From: a bacterium
Lineage (GTDB): Bacteria > Hinthialibacterota > Hinthialibacteria > Hinthialibacterales > Hinthialibacteraceae
DNA: 64,000 nt
Direction of reading: 5' to 3'
Assembly: GCA_963662285.2 (NCBI GenBank)
Contig: CAXXMV010000008.1
Location: 928,001-992,000, forward strand
Part shown: piece by piece, positions 41,191 to 51,243 of the stretch
Numbering within the stretch: the stretch's first letter is position 1
Layout of the letters: every line of letters starts with the position of its first letter
The notes under the pieces: generated by a model
Database searches by the model: none
The model's input: the letters and a program-made list of their open reading frames with translations, nothing else
What the model was told of the DNA's origin: nothing
Position numbers and translations under genes: made by a program

Positions 41191-41826
41191 TTAGCTTACG
41201 GATTCTTTTTTGGCTGGCTTCAGAAAACGAAGAGATAAAAAACCAAGAAGAACCAGAACCAGCATTCCAGCCAGAAAGAGATCAAACCTTTTGACCAGGA
41301 ATTGAGCGTGTTCTCCAAAGTAATATAGGATTGTTCCAACCAGGAAGAAGCGGCCTGATCTTCCCACCAGGGATACCAGCATAAAACGCCAGAAATTGAT
41401 GCGGCATAAGCCTCCGCCAATAGTGAATATCTTGTATGGAAGCGGGGTAAAAGCGGCTATGAGGACTGCCCAGAAATCATATTTTTGATAATACGATTCA
41501 ACTATTTCAAATTTTTCATGGCTGAATATTCGTCCTACAAAGCGGTTGGCTATTAACCATTCAACCAGTGGACGGCCTCCGAAATAGCCTATGGCATAAC
41601 CCATTGCTCCTCCTATGACTGAACCACAAGTCAGAATCAGAGCCAAGAATAAAGCTGATGTTGGTTTGGCTATCCCCATTAAAATGAAGGGTATATCCGG
41701 AGGAATAGGAAAGAATGATGATTCGGCGAATGCTATGAACCAAAGAGCGATGAATGCATTCTGGGTAAATTCCTGGTTTTCGGTCAGAACCAAAGCAATG
41801 GTCCAGTTTTTAAGATCAGTTATCAC
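41191..41826 (-). CDS. YqaA/DedA (VTT domain) membrane protein
   Basis: AFAESSFFPIPPD, FTPLPYKIFTI, GRSGRFF; downstream of surE as is common. Confidence 0.9.
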   Translation of the reverse strand: MITDLKNWTIALVLTENQEFTQNAFIALWFIAFAESSFFPIPPDIPFILMGIAKPTSALFLALILTCGSVIGGAMGYAIGYFGGRPLVEWLIANRFVGRIFSHEKFEIVESYYQKYDFWAVLIAAFTPLPYKIFTIGGGLCRINFWRFMLVSLVGRSGRFFLVGTILYYFGEHAQFLVKRFDLFLAGMLVLVLLGFLSLRFLKPAKKESVS

Positions 41827-41880
41827 AAAAGCCTCCTAGTTTGGTTTACATAATGAACAATAAAGAATCAATCAGGTGAG

Positions 41881-42657
41881 CTATTCAAGAGACATGTTCC
41901 ACAAATCAAGTTCAGGAATAGCATGGAATTGAGTGAAATCCTCTCCCAGGGGAGTAACGGAAATTTTATCTTCTTCCAAGGCGTGGAAATCGGTTCCCTC
42001 AGATTTGACCCAGGTTGGCGTTTCACCGCCGATCCAATAGTAATCCTTACCCTGTGGATCGACGCGGCGGATGATTTTATCCCGGTAAATACGCTGACCC
42101 AAGCGGGTCACGGCAATTCCCTTGATCTCTTCCCAGGGCATATTGGGAATATTGACATTCAAGAACGAACCATCCGGCATGTGCTTGGAAAGGATAGACT
42201 TAGCCAGAATAGCGGCGAAACGCGCCCCCGATTCGAAATGATATTCCCCGCCCTCTTGAGGGACATCCATCGAAATAGCGAACGATGGTTTGCCATGCAG
42301 ATGGCCTTCATGAGCAGCGGCGACAGTGCCGGAATAGACTGTGTCGATTCCAAGATTAGGGCCGCGGTTAATGCCGGAAGCAACCAGATCAGGCGGTTCA
42401 TCCAGGAATCCGCGCGTGCCGAACATGACGCAGTCCGCCGGAGTGCCATCAATTACATAGGTATTGTCACCCAAATCCTGTAATCGAATAGGGTGATTCA
42501 TGGTAAAAGAATGGGAAACAGCGCTTCGTTCCCGGTCAGGAGCGATGATATAGACCTCGCCCAATTTACGCATAGCATCAGCTAAAGCAGAGAGACCGGG
42601 GGAATGTATTCCATCATCGTTGGTTACTAGAATTCTAGGTTTTTTTTTGGTAGACAT
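41881..42657 (-). CDS. surE: 5'/3'-nucleotidase SurE
   Basis: ILVTNDDGIHSPG, GTPADCV, SGINRGPNLG, YSGTVAAA. Confidence 0.96.
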   Translation of the reverse strand: MSTKKKPRILVTNDDGIHSPGLSALADAMRKLGEVYIIAPDRERSAVSHSFTMNHPIRLQDLGDNTYVIDGTPADCVMFGTRGFLDEPPDLVASGINRGPNLGIDTVYSGTVAAAHEGHLHGKPSFAISMDVPQEGGEYHFESGARFAAILAKSILSKHMPDGSFLNVNIPNMPWEEIKGIAVTRLGQRIYRDKIIRRVDPQGKDYYWIGGETPTWVKSEGTDFHALEEDKISVTPLGEDFTQFHAIPELDLWNMSLE

Positions 42658-42801
42658 TTTACTCTCAATGTTTATTGTAGTAGAGATACGACAATCATCG
42701 GTCAGGAAATAACCAAGTAGATATGTTAGCCTTGATCAAAGCAAGCGAACAAGGAGGGTAAGCGGGCGCCAGATAGGAACTTTACATGCAACAGATAAAA
42801 A

Positions 42802-44379
42802 TCATGCGCTGTTTTCGGCCAAGGCGGCAAAAGGCGAGGCCGATAAAAGTGAATCAAGAATGATAGTAAAGTATTGAGAACGCTGACGTTTTGAGTTGCT
42901 GCTGTTACCAAGAAAATCCACATCTCCATAGGAATCACAATTTATTGGAATATATGAATTAAAAGGGCCATTGCGAAACACGCCAAATACTTCAACATTC
43001 TGTTCTTCCCAGGGAAAATCAATCAGCCATCCTTTTTGATCAGCGATATCCTCATCGATTTTTCGCTTCTCTATGCTCCGGTCTTTCTTTTTATCAACAA
43101 TTGCCTGAATCGAATTGCGGGCTATGGCAATAACATCCATACCTTTGCCTTTAAGAATATCGCCCTTGCTGCTGGAAGCAATTTCTTTACGTTTATTATC
43201 TATCTCGGTTTCAGTAAGAGTTATTAGTCCTGGAGCGCCTGGTTCCTGTTGAGCAAAGCGGGAGAAGATTTCATAAAACCTTTCCAAATGCAGATGGTAT
43301 TGATCTGCTGCATAGGCGCGAGCAAAACCATTTTTTCCATAAAAAACCACATTGCGGGGCAACGAATTCATAAGAGAAGCCAATGAATCAAAACTGGATT
43401 TAATATGAGATAACACATAAAAACGAAATTTAATAGATAAATCATTCCGTGAAATAAACTGACGTACACGGCTATGATCTGTATTATTGAATCGATGCTC
43501 GCTGGAAAACTGCCACGTATATAAAAATGATTCCAATTCTTCAAGACTCTCCATTTTTATATTCGTATTCTTGCTATCAATCTGCTTATCCATAGATTCA
43601 ATAAATGACCGGTATGCCTGGATATCCTGCTCGTAATCTTTGAGCAGGCCAGATCGAATAGTAGCAGATACAGCATCTAATAAAACATGATTGGAAGAAT
43701 TTGCGTTTCGTGCAATTTCAGTTTGAAGAGTGTGCTTATAAATGGTTAACCAGCGCTCCCAGCCTTCCATACCTTTTATGTTGTTGACCGCTTTCAAAGC
43801 CTCAGCGTTGGTATTTCGTCCCAGCATGGCGAATCCGATCAAGTCCGCCTGGCGGCGTATTTCATGAGAGGCATACCGTTGTAAAATTCTATCTTTTCCC
43901 TCTAGATTGATGCCTGAATCTTGCAGGTGCTTCTTCGCTTCACTTTCAGATATGGAGATAATACGATTCAGAATATCTTTGACTTGAGACTCAATTTTGT
44001 TTTCCAGTTCTTCAGTTCGCTTGATAATCTGAGATATACGATCAATTATTGGTTCATCATTAACTTTATGATTTTTCTGAAATTCCAGGCATTTCTGTTC
44101 AAAATAAGATAAATCATCATTATTCAACCAGATTTTAGCTTTTTTGAATGCTTCTTTTACATTTCTTTCTCCCCACACCCGTTCTTTACTGGTTTTACGC
44201 CATGACCATTTATAAAAAGCTGTAGTTTTACCACCCCATTGTTTGTTTGCCAAACCAAGGTCAGTTAATATAGATTTCTGTTTATTTTGTGAAGATGCTC
44301 CGCTAAAGAGCAACATAATCACGCCAATAAAAGAAACAGCTATCACGGGAATTAAAATCATGTAAAGCATTGTTAACAT
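42802..44379 (-). CDS. Hypothetical protein with N-terminal TM anchor
   Basis: 525-aa AT-rich ORF, one N-terminal hydrophobic helix, no recognised motif. Confidence 0.7.
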   Translation of the reverse strand: MLTMLYMILIPVIAVSFIGVIMLLFSGASSQNKQKSILTDLGLANKQWGGKTTAFYKWSWRKTSKERVWGERNVKEAFKKAKIWLNNDDLSYFEQKCLEFQKNHKVNDEPIIDRISQIIKRTEELENKIESQVKDILNRIISISESEAKKHLQDSGINLEGKDRILQRYASHEIRRQADLIGFAMLGRNTNAEALKAVNNIKGMEGWERWLTIYKHTLQTEIARNANSSNHVLLDAVSATIRSGLLKDYEQDIQAYRSFIESMDKQIDSKNTNIKMESLEELESFLYTWQFSSEHRFNNTDHSRVRQFISRNDLSIKFRFYVLSHIKSSFDSLASLMNSLPRNVVFYGKNGFARAYAADQYHLHLERFYEIFSRFAQQEPGAPGLITLTETEIDNKRKEIASSSKGDILKGKGMDVIAIARNSIQAIVDKKKDRSIEKRKIDEDIADQKGWLIDFPWEEQNVEVFGVFRNGPFNSYIPINCDSYGDVDFLGNSSNSKRQRSQYFTIILDSLLSASPFAALAENSA

Positions 44380-44658
44380 CGCATCCTAAAACAGAATAAG
44401 TTATATACCAAATAATTAATATTTTGTAAAATATTAATATATATTATATAACACTTTACGAGATATACAAACGATTTATTTTTAACTCTATCCTTATTCC
44501 ATTTTTGTTTATAGAATTAATTATCTTTCTAAATTATATAAAACGATCTTAATATAATCGACATGTATTCATAACACATGTAGTTTAAATAATTAAATAT
44601 TGTATACAGATTATTTATGTTTTTTCATTATATCATAACATTTATTTCATGAGGACGA

Positions 44659-46887
44659 ATGACAGCTAATCCACGCTTCGTAGAAGTCGCTTTTCCAATG
44701 CCGCCCCGAACCCTCTTCACCTATCGAATACCAGAAGAGATGCAGGAGAAAGTGAAGCCCGGTTGTCGTATTTATGCTCCATTAGGAAAACGAAAGGTTC
44801 TGGGATATGCCATTAATCTGACAGAAGAGCCGTCTTTCGATCTAAAATCCATCAAACCAATCTACCAGCTTATCGATGATGAATCACTTTTCGGCGATGA
44901 GCTTATCCGTTTTCTACATTGGGTATCCGACTACTATCTCGCATCATTAGGAGATACTTTCTCAGCGGCGTATCCATTCGCCCCATCAGTCAAGACAAGA
45001 ATGATAAAGGTAGTAGTGCTGGATGACGGCATCCAATCCAGCAGTGCAATTCCCGATGATATTCGTCATGAGAATCAACGTCGCGTGATTGAATTCCTCA
45101 TCAACCGCAAAGCTTTATTATCTCCATCCGATATAGTACGGGAGGTCGGCGTTTCGCCTTCCACCATCAAGACGCTGCAACAAAAAGGCGTACTGCGATT
45201 GGAATCACGCGAGTCGTTGAGAATACCAATATTTTCTCAAAACGAGATAAATTCATCAAATTTAACGTTGACGGATGAACAGGAAAACGCACTAAAACTG
45301 ATTGATGAATCATTAAGCAAGAAGACGCCCAAAGCGATTCTGCTGCATGGCGTAACCGGCAGCGGCAAAACTGAAGTCTATTTACAAGCTATAGAACACT
45401 GCCTGGAGATGGGAAGAACCGCGCTGGTTCTTATCCCGGAAATTTCATTGACGCCACAAACCATGGATCGATTCCGTTCGCGGTTCGGCGCCGAGGTGGG
45501 CATCCTGCATAGCGGATTAGGTCAGGGCGAGCGTTATGATGAATGGCGCATGACCAAGAAAGGCAAGCGCCGCATCGTGGTCGGAACCCGCTCCGCCATT
45601 TTTGCTCCTCTCGATAAACCGGGCATCATCATTGTCGATGAAGAGCATGATGGATCATATAAACAATCCGATCCCAGTCCGCGATATCATGCGCGCGACC
45701 TGGCTGTCGCCCGTGCGCACATGACTGGCGCCTTATGCATACTGGGTTCAGCCACTCCAGCCACCGAATCAACCCATAACGCCCGTACGGGAAAGTATCA
45801 ATACGTCCCCATGAGAAAGCGGATTTCCACTCATGGATTGCCTACCGTCAAACTGGTCGATATGCGCGGACGGGGAGAGGACGAAGAGGTTTTAAGCCAG
45901 GAAACATTGGAAGCGCTTTGGGAACGTTGTGAAAAAAAGCAGCAATCCATTCTCTTTCTCAACCGCAGGGGATTCGCAACCACGCTGTCCTGTAACAAAT
46001 GCGGTCATATATTAACCTGCTCCCATTGCAGCGTAGCAATGGTTTATCACCGCAAGCAAAACCAATTGGTCTGCCACCATTGCGACTCGCGCATTCCCTT
46101 ACCAGACAACTGCCCGGCTTGCAATGAGCATTTTATCCGTCAAAGGGGATTCGGAACCGAGCGGGTAGTTCACGAGATAGAAAAGAAGATTCCCCATGCC
46201 CGTATAATCCGCATCGACCGGGATACCACCACGAAAAAAGGAGACCACGACCGTCTGTTGACCCCCTTCCGCAATGGTGAAGCCGATATCCTGGTCGGCA
46301 CTCAGATGATCGCCAAGGGTTTGGATTTCCCAAACGTGACCCTGGTTGGCGTTATCAATGCGGATTACTCGCTGTCGCTGCCCGATTTCCGCGCGTCTGA
46401 ACGCACCTTCTTTTTGTTGACTCAGGTGGCGGGACGCTCCGGCCGGGGAGACCAGGCTGGTGAAGTTTTGATTCAGACGTATTGCCCGGATCATTACAGC
46501 GTTCAGTTGGCATTGAAACAGGATTACGACGCCTTTTTCGAGAAGGAAATCCGCTACCGCAGGTTGATAGCGTTCCCTCCATTTTCCCGGTTGGTGTTAT
46601 GGCGCATTGAAGCAGCCAACGAGGACGTGGCGCGGGGTAAATCATGGGAATTATATAACATCCTATGCGAAGGCTTAAAAACCCAGAGCGGCATAACTCT
46701 GCTGCCTCCAGTAGAAGCCCCGCTATACCGCCTGCGCGACTACTACCGCTGGCAAGTAGCGCTCAAAAGCCGCGACCATCGAGCCTTCCGCCCGCTGCTG
46801 ACCAGCAAGGAACTGCAAAAGTTTATGTCGCAACGCAAGCAGGATTTACGGATTGTGCAGGATGTTGATCCTTTTGATATGCTTTAG
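44659..46887 (+). CDS. priA: Primosomal protein N' (replication restart helicase)
   Basis: GVTGSGKTEVY, DEEH, YHARD, two CxxC pairs, GTQMIAKGLDFP, QVAGRSGR. Confidence 0.97.
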   Translation: MTANPRFVEVAFPMPPRTLFTYRIPEEMQEKVKPGCRIYAPLGKRKVLGYAINLTEEPSFDLKSIKPIYQLIDDESLFGDELIRFLHWVSDYYLASLGDTFSAAYPFAPSVKTRMIKVVVLDDGIQSSSAIPDDIRHENQRRVIEFLINRKALLSPSDIVREVGVSPSTIKTLQQKGVLRLESRESLRIPIFSQNEINSSNLTLTDEQENALKLIDESLSKKTPKAILLHGVTGSGKTEVYLQAIEHCLEMGRTALVLIPEISLTPQTMDRFRSRFGAEVGILHSGLGQGERYDEWRMTKKGKRRIVVGTRSAIFAPLDKPGIIIVDEEHDGSYKQSDPSPRYHARDLAVARAHMTGALCILGSATPATESTHNARTGKYQYVPMRKRISTHGLPTVKLVDMRGRGEDEEVLSQETLEALWERCEKKQQSILFLNRRGFATTLSCNKCGHILTCSHCSVAMVYHRKQNQLVCHHCDSRIPLPDNCPACNEHFIRQRGFGTERVVHEIEKKIPHARIIRIDRDTTTKKGDHDRLLTPFRNGEADILVGTQMIAKGLDFPNVTLVGVINADYSLSLPDFRASERTFFLLTQVAGRSGRGDQAGEVLIQTYCPDHYSVQLALKQDYDAFFEKEIRYRRLIAFPPFSRLVLWRIEAANEDVARGKSWELYNILCEGLKTQSGITLLPPVEAPLYRLRDYYRWQVALKSRDHRAFRPLLTSKELQKFMSQRKQDLRIVQDVDPFDML

Positions 46888-46917
46888 ATACGCTAATTTA
46901 ATCCACCCAATCGTTGT

Positions 46918-47802
46918 TTATTCCTCTGTTCGAAGGTATCCGTACTTTGCAGATAGTTTCTGAGCATCTGTCAGGTTGTAGTCGTAATTATACAGTGCTT
47001 TTTCAAAGGTCCCATATATAGGATTTGAAAGGATAAACCACTGCGTTCCCCATCGTGATTGATGTGCAGAGGCTTTCTCTATCCGTTCAGCCGGTGTAGC
47101 TTTTCCAAAAAAGGCGAAGTCGTTGTAGTCATCACCCACTAGCAATATAACTCTGTGCGTCTTGACGATTTCAGCCCTACGGGAAGTCTTGTCTGAATCC
47201 CATTCAGGCCTCTCTTTCTTGCATAGAACATCATTTGCGGTGATTTTCGAATCGATAGCCACTTGGAGATTCTTAACCGTCGGAGCTTCTAACTCCCTGT
47301 TGGTGATATAGAACACATGGACGCCGCGTTCACGTACACTTGCTATGAATTCTTTTGCGCCTGGCATTGGGATGGCTTTGGTTTCTTGAACCCAATCCCT
47401 CCACAGAGCCTGGTCATAGTCAACGCCCTTGCTAACGAGTCTTGCCTGGAATGGGGAGTTGTCTAGGATTGTTTCGTCAACATCAACAATAATTGCCGGT
47501 GGAAGGCTTTGATACCTCTCTGTCTGCTCAATTGCAGCGGTCCAGTTGGCGTCCGATAATCCTTGCTCTAAACTTTTAAGCGCATTAGAAAAGACCTGAT
47601 AACAGGAAAACCGATACTCAACTGACGTCTGCACCCAGGAGACTCCACGGAGTATCTCATGGGATTTACGACAATTACTCAGCCGAGCAGAATCATCGGA
47701 TTGATTACGCGTTGACGCACATCCACCAAATATAAAAACAATCATTACAAAGGATGCAAGTACTTTCATTGGAGTGCTCTTAGTTCTTATTGATGTAATC
47801 AT
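46918..47802 (-). CDS. Class C acid phosphatase / 5'-nucleotidase lipoprotein, e(P4) family
   Basis: Lipobox FGGC; DVDETILDNSP; YITNR; GDDYNDF; NPIYG. Confidence 0.9.
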   Translation of the reverse strand: MITSIRTKSTPMKVLASFVMIVFIFGGCASTRNQSDDSARLSNCRKSHEILRGVSWVQTSVEYRFSCYQVFSNALKSLEQGLSDANWTAAIEQTERYQSLPPAIIVDVDETILDNSPFQARLVSKGVDYDQALWRDWVQETKAIPMPGAKEFIASVRERGVHVFYITNRELEAPTVKNLQVAIDSKITANDVLCKKERPEWDSDKTSRRAEIVKTHRVILLVGDDYNDFAFFGKATPAERIEKASAHQSRWGTQWFILSNPIYGTFEKALYNYDYNLTDAQKLSAKYGYLRTEE

Positions 47803-48152
47803 TAATGTATACCTAATATCAAAGAATAGTGATGCAGATTTGTTGCATCGGCATCAATCATGTTGTTATTCAAATTTGTCCAAAATATTCATATAACACT
47901 AAAACTATCACTACTTGAAGTCAAGATAATTATGGTAAAATTTACTATCTTTGATTATTTGTATACCAATAAATCAGTTTTTATTCTTACGTTATTACAT
48001 CACCATCAAATTCAGCACTATAAGCGACAGCAAAATATTGATCCTCTCGGAATGCTGTAGAATAATTTGTATAAAAATGTTATCATTCAAACAACTAATA
48101 TTCCGTAGATTTATTCTATGGGTCAAACCAGCGTGAGGACTACATTATCGTT

Positions 48153-51100
48153 ATGAGAAACTACTGTATTGATTTGTGTTTAATTGGATTACTAATTATT
48201 TGCGCTCTTCCGGCAGGTTCAGACGTCGTCATCAATGAGATCATGTATCACCCTGAATCGGATCAAGATGATGATGAGTATATAGAGTTAGTCAACACTG
48301 GATCAGAAACGGTGAATCTGTCGGATTGGTCTATCAAAGGTATAAATTATAAGTTCCCGGCGGGAAGCGAAATTAATTCCGGCCAGTATTTGGTGGTGGC
48401 CAAGAATCCCGCCCGGTTCCAATCTACTTACAGCATCGAACCGTATGGGCCTTATGATGGGATATTGAGAGACAGCGGCGAGTCGTTGCGTCTGGTGGAT
48501 GCCAACGAGCAGGAAATTGATAGTGTGGAATATGATGATGAAAATCCCTGGCCGATCGCCGCTGATGGATTAGGAGCATCGCTGGAATGCATCAATCCAT
48601 CTTTTGATAATGCTCATCCCCGTAACTGGCGCGCTGCGGGTCAGGGATCGGAGTGGCAATACGTTGAAATTACTGATCAAGCCACAGCCACGCGGCTCTA
48701 TTTTTATTTGTAGGGCGCGGGCGAGTGCCTGATTGACGATGTTCAACTAATTAGTCATGAGACGTCAATCCAGGCGGGTTCATATCAAAGCATCGCTCAT
48801 CCAATGCAGTACCGGCACACGCCGGGAGGAGCGCAATACCTGGATATGCATTTGTCGAATACGGCAATTTTATTCGACGATACTATCAATCCACAAACAA
48901 TAAAGCTGCCTGATAATCCCAAGATCATGATTTTCGCTATAACTTTAACGACTTCGGAGGGCGAAGTCCAACTGGATTTATCGGAGGCTTTCAATCTCGA
49001 CGGCATCTCATGGTCAGATAATATTACAGACGGAAACCTGGATGGCGGAGGCTGCAGCTACGCGGCTGAACTGCTGCCGGAGGATCATATAATTACATCC
49101 GATGACGAACTGCCACAGGTTAATTGGACTATGGGATCGTACACGGATGGAGACCTTAACTGCATACGCTGTGAAGGTCAGAGCATTACTGTACCATCCG
49201 GTATGTATACCGGAATATACCTGCTGGCCAGCGCGGTTAACACAAGCACCGAAGAGGAACTGCTTACAGCCTCTAGTCCCAGTATGCAGCGCCAATTTCC
49301 AATTTCAGTTACTGATTGGGCTGTTGCTTTACCGGAAGGCGTCACAGGACCAGCAAACCTCGTACCCAATGGCAATTTCGAACAGAGCAGCGGACGATGG
49401 AATACATTGGGCGCTTACGCCGGTTCGTATATCTGGTCGGGCGATGCGCATGAGGGATCGTACTGCATGCACGTCGTGGGTACGGATGCAGGTTTGGATC
49501 ACAGATCGAGCGTTTGGCAAACTATAGCCGCAGCACAGATCGGCGAGACATATACTTTATCATTCTGGGCCAAGGGATTATCAGGCAACAGTACGCTGGT
49601 CAGCCGGTTCTATGGCGACAGTCATCTCACCGAGACGCAATTATCGGCCAAGGGATCTCCGGGATTACTCAATAGCGTTTTTTCCGTAGATATACCTCCA
49701 TTCATTACTGAAGTTTCGCAATCACCTGAAGAACCTTCCTCAGATGATCCACTGCTGATAACTGCTCGTATTGAGGATATCGAGGGACTTACGTCAACCG
49801 TTTTGACCTACCAGGTTGGTAATGGTTTGCGGCAGGATATTGCGATGTCGGATGACGGTTTCGACGGTGATGCTGCTGCGGGAGACGGAATATACTCCGC
49901 GCAGATACCCGCCGCTCCATCGCAGAGCATCATTCGCTATAAAATACTGGCGACCGATAACGCCGGGCAAGTTACTTCAGCGCCGCTGAAAAATGAACCA
50001 ACCGAAGTTTTCGGCGCGTTTGTCTATGACGGTGAACTGCAATCCAAGACGCCAATTTATTGGCTTTTCCTGAGTAATGAGGTTTATCAAAACCTTTTGA
50101 GGTATCCGCAAAGCAATGATTTCGTAAAAGGAACCGTGGCCATAGGTGGAAGAGCGTATGATAACGTAGGCATAAGGTTCCGGGGTCAATGGGCCAGATC
50201 GTGGCCTAAGAAAAGTTGGAAACTCCGCTTCAATAAAGATAACTATTTTGATGGTAGACGCACAGTCAACCTGAATTCTGGATATCATGACCGCGCTTAT
50301 ATCCGCGAATACCTCTGTTACCGTTTCTACCGTGAAGCCGGATGCCGGGCCTGTAAGGCTCAGATGGTTCAAGTATATCTAAACGGAGAATTCTATGGGA
50401 TTGAGGTGGATGTCGAGCAGGTCAATGAGCAGTTTCTCGAAGCAAACGGCCTTGACGCTGATGGTAATATTTATAAGAGCAAACAGGGCGGAGATCTACG
50501 AAAACTTTCATCAGAAAGTGCATATCATGGTCCTTATGAGAAAAAGACCAACGAAAATGAGGATTGGAGCGACCTGAAAGAATTCGCTGACGGATTGGCT
50601 GATACGCCCTCAAGCGAGATACATGCCTTCTTGCATCAAAATGTTCCAGTAGACGAAATACTGCGTTACTGGGCGGCGACTACCATCTTGCAGAATTGGG
50701 ATTCGATCATTAAAAACCATTATCTATACCATGATACCAATGATACGGGACTCTGGTATATGATTCCCTGGGATCTCGACCGAACCTGGGGAGAGTATGC
50801 CAATTGGAATCTAGGCGCTGAGCAGGATATTCTGGCGGGTATGCGTCAGCATCCACCCGGATTCGGATTGCCCAGCGACTGGTGGAACCGGCTGATTGAC
50901 GCCATGCTCAAACAACCGGATATGCTGGAACAATACTATGGTCACATTCGCTACCAGCTCGATAATATTTTCACTGAAGAGAATATAAACCAATGGATCA
51001 GCGAACAGTATCAGAACATCTATGATCTTGTACCCGCCGACCAACAGCAATGGGGAACGCATGGCGCGTGGCAGCCTTTCAGGCAGGAGATCGAGAATTG

Positions 51101-51179
51101 CAAGGATTTCGTGCGAGACCGCCGCGCATTTCTTTACCAGTTTCTACCTGTGGATGTTGCGGATTGGCAGGTTTATTAA
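48153..51179 (+). CDS. Secreted lamin-tail-domain + carbohydrate-binding + CotH kinase protein, interrupted by one in-frame TAG (48711-48713)
   Basis: ORFs 48153-48713 and 48804-51179 are in the same frame with no other stop between (YFYL*GAGECLIDDVQL); VVINEIMYHP..EYIEL LTD; RFRGQ..KKSWK, KNHYLY, IPWDLDRTWG CotH; ends DVADWQVY. Confidence 0.82.
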
Positions 51180-51196
51180 TATTGCATACATAGTAT

Positions 51197-51233
51197 ACAG
51201 TTCAAAGTCCCTATTTGAGGGACTTTGAACTGT
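51197..51233. terminator. Bidirectional terminator-like palindrome between convergent genes
   Basis: ACAGTTCAAAGTCCC..GGGACTTTGAACTGT. Confidence 0.75.
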
Positions 51234-51243
51234 CATCATTATG

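Noticed and set aside
48711-48713. Genome-wide TAG reassignment
   Set aside because: Several conserved genes (clpP, surE, priA, sialate esterase) end properly at TAG, so at most a site-specific event.
48804-51179. CotH ORF as an independent gene
   Set aside because: No signal peptide or clear RBS; upstream in-frame sequence continues the same protein.
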